64,000 nt of DNA from Bacillota bacterium (lineage in GTDB: Bacteria > Bacillota > Clostridia > Acetivibrionales > Acetivibrionaceae), in contig JAEZUI010000133.1 in NCBI GenBank assembly GCA_023421115.1, positions 16,315-80,314 of the forward strand. Direction: 5' to 3'. The translations under genes and the position numbers were made by a program. Shown in pieces: positions 59,330 through 64,000 of this stretch; the stretch's first letter is position 1; the number at the start of each line of letters is the position of its first letter. The notes under the pieces were generated by a model. That model saw nothing but the letters and a program-made list of their open reading frames with translations, searched no databases and had not been told where the DNA came from.

Positions 59330-59556
59330 AGCATTTCCTAACAGACCTTAAGAAATATAAAAGAAGGAATTTTGTGATAAATGTTGAATTATAAATAGGT
59401 TACCAATTTTCATATCTTTTTACCTACGCGTTATATTTTAGCAAAATATGTAGGTTGATTTTTATAGTTTAAACCCCAAAAATTAAGTCTATTTTTTGAA
59501 ATGACCTTATTGAACCGTTTGTATTAGAGATCACCTTGCATGTGGAGGGGTGGGAT

Positions 59557-61362
59557 ATGTTTTTTAGATCTAAAAAGGTGCTGTCTCATTCAAAAAATCA
59601 CAAAATTCTTAACGCTTGGAAGCTAAATATTGCCTTTGCAGCTATTGTTATAATATGTATATCAATAGTTGTTTGGGCGACTTTCAATATAATGTCCACA
59701 TCCATGTTGAAGCATGCAACAGAAAACTCCAGAGAACTTATAAAGCAAACCTCCAAAAATATTCAGACAATACTTGAACAATTAGATGACTTTGCAATGA
59801 CCGTTTCTAGAGACAATAAACTTGCAACTTGTGTTTTAGAACATGATGCTATGGAGGATGAGAATGAGAAAGTAGAAAATCTTAAGCGTATTGATGAAAT
59901 ATTGAATAACTATTGCAAGACAAGGGGAGAAATTGATTATATATCCATTGTTACAAGCGAAAACTCACATATAATAAACGGATACCAGCAAAAGTTAATA
60001 GACAATTTAAGCATTTTAGGTTTCGATGCTAAGGGTTTTAGGGAAAGTAATAAAAAATCTTTATGGCTCAATACCTATGTGTCGAATATAGATCCAATGT
60101 TATCAACTTCTGAAAGGGGTAGAGTATTTTCAATTGTCAAGGGTATATACTCTGTTAGTACTCTAAAAAGTCAGGAAATTATTTCGATAAATATTAAGGA
60201 ATCATTTCTGCATAGTTTGATAGCCGATGTAAAATTTTTAGACCAAAGCAACATTTTTATTTTCAGTAGTGACGGAAAATATGTAATGAATACACAAGAT
60301 AATAAATTGAACGGACAGCCTATACCGTATGATTTTGTAAATGAAATATTAGAGAAAAAAAGAGGCGAAGATATAAAAGAAATAGATAGAAAAGAATATC
60401 TAGTTACATATAACACTATTGATGATATAAAAGGGACTGAATTGAATTGGACTATTGTAGATATAACACCTGTATCTTCTATAACGAAAGGTATTACAAA
60501 GGCAATGCAAAATATTCTGTTTATAGGTATTTTGTGTATAGTCTTTGGGTTGATAATATCGTTTTTAATTACAAAGTTATATAATTCAAATTTAGATAAA
60601 AGATATGCGGAAAAGCATTCAATTATTTTGGAGAGAGAACGGCTTGCGACATTAGGACAAATGATAGGTGGGATTGCCCATAATTTAAAGACACCTATTA
60701 TGTCTATAGCGGGGGGGCTTGAAGCGATTAACGATCTTGTTGATGAATATGACAGTTCAATAGGGGATGAGGAAGTAAATAATGAAGACCACCATGAAAT
60801 TGCGGCAGATATTTTGAATTGGGTGGAAAAAATAAAACCATATTGTACATATATGACAGATGTAATATCAGCAGTTAAAGGACAAACATCAAATATGAGG
60901 GATTCAACAACATTAAGTTTTACGGTTGAGGAGCTGATAAAACGAGTAAAAATACTAATGAGTCATGAGCTTAAAAAGAACAAGTGCGAATTGAATATTG
61001 ACCTTAAAGCAAAAGAGAACACAAAAATAAAGGGTGAAATTAATAATCTTGTTCAAATAATGAACAACCTTATATCAAATTCAATAGAGTCATACAACGG
61101 TGAAAGTGGGAAAATTGATTTAATAATACAAAAGTATGCCAATAATATCGAGATAGTAGTTAAGGATTATGGTTGTGGTATGTCTGATAAGATAAAGGAA
61201 AAATTATTGAAGTCAATGATAACAACAAAAGGTAAAAATGGTACAGGGTTAGGTCTATATATGTCATATTCAACTATTAAAGGCAAGTTTGGAGGGACAA
61301 TAGATATTGAAAGTGAAGAAGGGAAAGGAACTTCAGTAAAAATAATCATTCCATCACCTTAA
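59557..61362 (+). CDS. Sensor histidine kinase (Cache-like sensor, HisKA, HATPase_c)
   Basis: Two TMs, GGIAHNLKTP, NLISNS, DYGCG, GTGLGL; RBS GGAGGGG. Confidence 0.92.
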   Translation: MFFRSKKVLSHSKNHKILNAWKLNIAFAAIVIICISIVVWATFNIMSTSMLKHATENSRELIKQTSKNIQTILEQLDDFAMTVSRDNKLATCVLEHDAMEDENEKVENLKRIDEILNNYCKTRGEIDYISIVTSENSHIINGYQQKLIDNLSILGFDAKGFRESNKKSLWLNTYVSNIDPMLSTSERGRVFSIVKGIYSVSTLKSQEIISINIKESFLHSLIADVKFLDQSNIFIFSSDGKYVMNTQDNKLNGQPIPYDFVNEILEKKRGEDIKEIDRKEYLVTYNTIDDIKGTELNWTIVDITPVSSITKGITKAMQNILFIGILCIVFGLIISFLITKLYNSNLDKRYAEKHSIILERERLATLGQMIGGIAHNLKTPIMSIAGGLEAINDLVDEYDSSIGDEEVNNEDHHEIAADILNWVEKIKPYCTYMTDVISAVKGQTSNMRDSTTLSFTVEELIKRVKILMSHELKKNKCELNIDLKAKENTKIKGEINNLVQIMNNLISNSIESYNGESGKIDLIIQKYANNIEIVVKDYGCGMSDKIKEKLLKSMITTKGKNGTGLGLYMSYSTIKGKFGGTIDIESEEGKGTSVKIIIPSP

Positions 61363-61390
61363 TAGACCCTTAATCACGGAGAGTGAGATA

Positions 61391-63220
61391 ATGATAAAAA
61401 TGCGAGGGAAAAAATCGCTTGATTATTTGAGCGATATTAGTGAAAAAAAACTTAAAGCCGCATGGAAGTTGAATTTTGGGATAATGCTTGTTGTAATATT
61501 GTCCATATCTCTTGTGGGGCTTAGTTCATTTAGAATGATTTCAACATCAATACAAAATAATTCAACACTTAGCTCCATTCAGCTTGTAAGGCAGACAGCA
61601 AAAAATATTGAAACAGTATTATCTAATATTGACAACCTCACTCTTTCGATGACTTCGGATGGAGAATTATCTGAGTTTGTTAGAAGATATAGTATATCAA
61701 ATAATGAACATGAAAAAGCTGAATATTTTCGTCAAATAAGAGAAATTATGAATACATATATAGTAAACAGAGATGATATAGCCGATATGGCGGTTGTAAC
61801 AAATTCAATGGAATATATCACTTCCGGGGAGTTAACCATAAACGAAATAAAGGATGTATCGTCGCAAAAGGCGGTAAAATTATTCAACAATAGTGATAAA
61901 GATTCGTTGTGGGTTGATACCTATGTTGCAGATACCAATTGGACATATTCAAGTACCGGTTCGTTTGGTCAGGTCGTTTCCTTTGTTAAAAAAATATATA
62001 AACCGGGAGATAAACAGAGCTACGGAATAATGATCATAAACTATAAAGAGGCTTATTTACACAAATTGATTTCAGATATTAAAGTTTCTGAGGGAAGTAA
62101 AATCTATATACTAGGTAATAATGGGAATTATGTAATGAATATATATGACAGGGCTCTAAACGGATATTATTCACCGTATGACTGGTATCTCAAAGAGAGT
62201 ACTACAACTGATGAAGGGAGTATTAGGGAAAATATTGAAAAAGCTGAATACATTTTGACTTTTGATTCAATTAAGCAGATTAACGAAACCCCTCTTGAAT
62301 GGAGAATTGTTTTGATTACGCCAGCAGCAACTATTACGAAAGGTATAACTGATGTGGGTATGGTGATGTTTTTCCTAGGGCTTGCTGGTGTGACTTTAGG
62401 GTTCATTTTTTCATTGTTACTAATAAGAAGGTACAGTTTTTCGGTGGACAAGGAATATAATGAAAGGCATTCCATTTTGATGGAGCAGGAACGCTTGGCT
62501 TCTCTTGGGCAGCTGATAGGAGGAATTGCACATAATTTTAAAACTCCTATAATGTCAATATCAGGAGGCTTAGAAGCAATAAAGGATCTTGCTTTGGAAT
62601 ATGACAATTCCATAGGAGATAAAAGCGTTAAGGAGGAAGATCACCACGAAATTGCTGCAGAAATGAGAGCCTGGGTTAAAAAAACAAGGCCTTATTGTTC
62701 GTATATGTCTGATATTATTTCGGCTGTTAAAGGACAGGCTGTGAATTGTAATAAATCCTCGGTGGAAAGCTTTATGATAAAGGAGTTGATTAATAGGGTT
62801 AAAATTCTTATGAACCATGAACTGAAAAAATACAAGTGCCACATGAATATTGATCTTAGAATGGATGAACTCACCGAAATAAAAGGAGAAATTAATAATC
62901 TTGTTCAGGTATTGAACAATTTGATTTCGAATTCTATTGAGTCTTATGATGGGAATCCAGGAAACATAGATGTTTTATTTGTGAAAACGGCAAAGACTCT
63001 TGAAATAACAGTTAAAGATTATGGGGGTGGAATACCTGAAAAGGTAAGGCATAAGCTTTTAAAAGAAATGATTACGACAAAAGGCGAAAAGGGGACCGGT
63101 ATAGGACTTTATATGTCATATTCAACAATTAAGGGAAAATTTGCAGGAACTATGCGCATTGAAAGCGAAGAAGGTAAAGGCACATCAATAAAGATTATTA
63201 TACCTTTACCGAAGAAGTAA
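61391..63220 (+). CDS. Sensor histidine kinase, paralogue of upstream gene
   Basis: GGIAHNFKTP, NLISNS, DYGGG, GTGIGL; same architecture. Confidence 0.92.
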   Translation: MIKMRGKKSLDYLSDISEKKLKAAWKLNFGIMLVVILSISLVGLSSFRMISTSIQNNSTLSSIQLVRQTAKNIETVLSNIDNLTLSMTSDGELSEFVRRYSISNNEHEKAEYFRQIREIMNTYIVNRDDIADMAVVTNSMEYITSGELTINEIKDVSSQKAVKLFNNSDKDSLWVDTYVADTNWTYSSTGSFGQVVSFVKKIYKPGDKQSYGIMIINYKEAYLHKLISDIKVSEGSKIYILGNNGNYVMNIYDRALNGYYSPYDWYLKESTTTDEGSIRENIEKAEYILTFDSIKQINETPLEWRIVLITPAATITKGITDVGMVMFFLGLAGVTLGFIFSLLLIRRYSFSVDKEYNERHSILMEQERLASLGQLIGGIAHNFKTPIMSISGGLEAIKDLALEYDNSIGDKSVKEEDHHEIAAEMRAWVKKTRPYCSYMSDIISAVKGQAVNCNKSSVESFMIKELINRVKILMNHELKKYKCHMNIDLRMDELTEIKGEINNLVQVLNNLISNSIESYDGNPGNIDVLFVKTAKTLEITVKDYGGGIPEKVRHKLLKEMITTKGEKGTGIGLYMSYSTIKGKFAGTMRIESEEGKGTSIKIIIPLPKK

Positions 63221-63245
63221 AGGCAGCAGTATTACTCCTCTTTCT

Positions 63246-63716
63246 TTATTCTACAGTAATGCAACTAAAAACTTGAATCCCTTTACCCTGTCCGAATTGG
63301 GTAAGTCCCTCGCCGGTGGTGGCAGTTATGCCGACGGAATTTTCCGGTATACTAAGCAGTTCGGATATACTCTTTCGGAGTTCGGGGATTTTTGGTGTGA
63401 TTTTTGGTTTAAGGCATTCTATGGAAATAGAAAGGTGAACAATGCGTTTCCCATTTAAATATCTAAGTGCTTCTCTTAAATATACTCTGCTGTCTTTTAT
63501 TCCTTTATTGAGGCATAAATCATCACTTACCGGGCCTAAAATATTTACGCATGTTACTCCGGATATTGCATTTGTTATAGAATGAAGAATTACGTCGGCG
63601 TCACTGTTGCCTTCAAGAGGCGGAGCACCTTCAAAAATAACTCCTCCAAGAATTAATTTTTTTTCACTGTCTTCAAAGTCAAATCTATGACTATCTTGAC
63701 CAATTCCTACTATCAT
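63246..63716 (-). CDS. ispF: 2-C-methyl-D-erythritol 2,4-cyclodiphosphate synthase
   Basis: VGIGQDSHRF, LILGGV, GNSDADVILH, ATTGEGL. Confidence 0.9.
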   Translation of the reverse strand: MIVGIGQDSHRFDFEDSEKKLILGGVIFEGAPPLEGNSDADVILHSITNAISGVTCVNILGPVSDDLCLNKGIKDSRVYLREALRYLNGKRIVHLSISIECLKPKITPKIPELRKSISELLSIPENSVGITATTGEGLTQFGQGKGIQVFSCITVE

Positions 63717-63932
63717 CTAATCAAAGTCCTTTTTTAAGAAATATTACATGAATTATACATTATCATTGAAGAAAAGGCAAGGCGCCTTTTTTATGCTTAA
63801 ATAAAAAAGTTTTGCTTTGTAGCATTTATTTGTAAATAATTCGCTTAAATATGTCAATACTATTTTTATAAGGTAATTTGTAAAGAATAGAATCACCTAA
63901 AAATAAAATTAAGCAGATTTGGAGGGATTATT

Positions 63933-64000
63933 ATGAATAGGAAATTGGTCGTGTTGATTATTTTAGCATTTGTATTTACAATGGGGTTGGGCTTTACAGC
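63933..64000 (+). CDS. Start of an exported protein (runs off window)
   Basis: RBS GGAGGG, MNRKLVVLIILAFVFTMGLGFT signal-like peptide. Confidence 0.65.
   Translation, partial: MNRKLVVLIILAFVFTMGLGFT

Overview
This is low-GC Firmicute chromosomal DNA from a cellulosome-producing clostridium; a dockerin with the SIDF signature suggests an Acetivibrio/Hungateiclostridium-like organism (inference). The housekeeping scaffold is clpC (partial) ... GT2, GH15, radA, disA, carD, ispD ... ispF. It is interrupted by about 46 kb of accessory DNA: (1) a GH8 exo-oligoxylanase/AraR-type regulator/sugar ABC locus; (2) a MoxR-DUF58-transglutaminase + Zn-ribbon + SPFH cluster; (3) a double-glycine peptide export locus (PCAT, precursor, membrane protein, GyrI-like protein, HlyD, 6x Ig-like surface protein); (4) a defence hotspot with a nonsense-split Rpn nuclease, a type I RM system carrying an RloA-like ATPase, a destroyed rloB and an unannotated orphan Rpn C-terminal mini-gene, a YgjP-like protein and an AAA/PD-(D/E)xK protein; (5) a dockerin esterase and an ECF sigma whose anti-sigma is fused to a degenerate LCP domain. 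Non-coding structure includes a 70-bp promoter cassette duplicated 23.6 kb apart, a perfect 43-bp palindrome, phased TTTCGGT repeats, a LexA-like box and a dispersed MITE-like repeat family. No tRNA, rRNA, CRISPR array, integrase or intact transposase was recognised. All family calls come from motif recognition by eye, not database searches.
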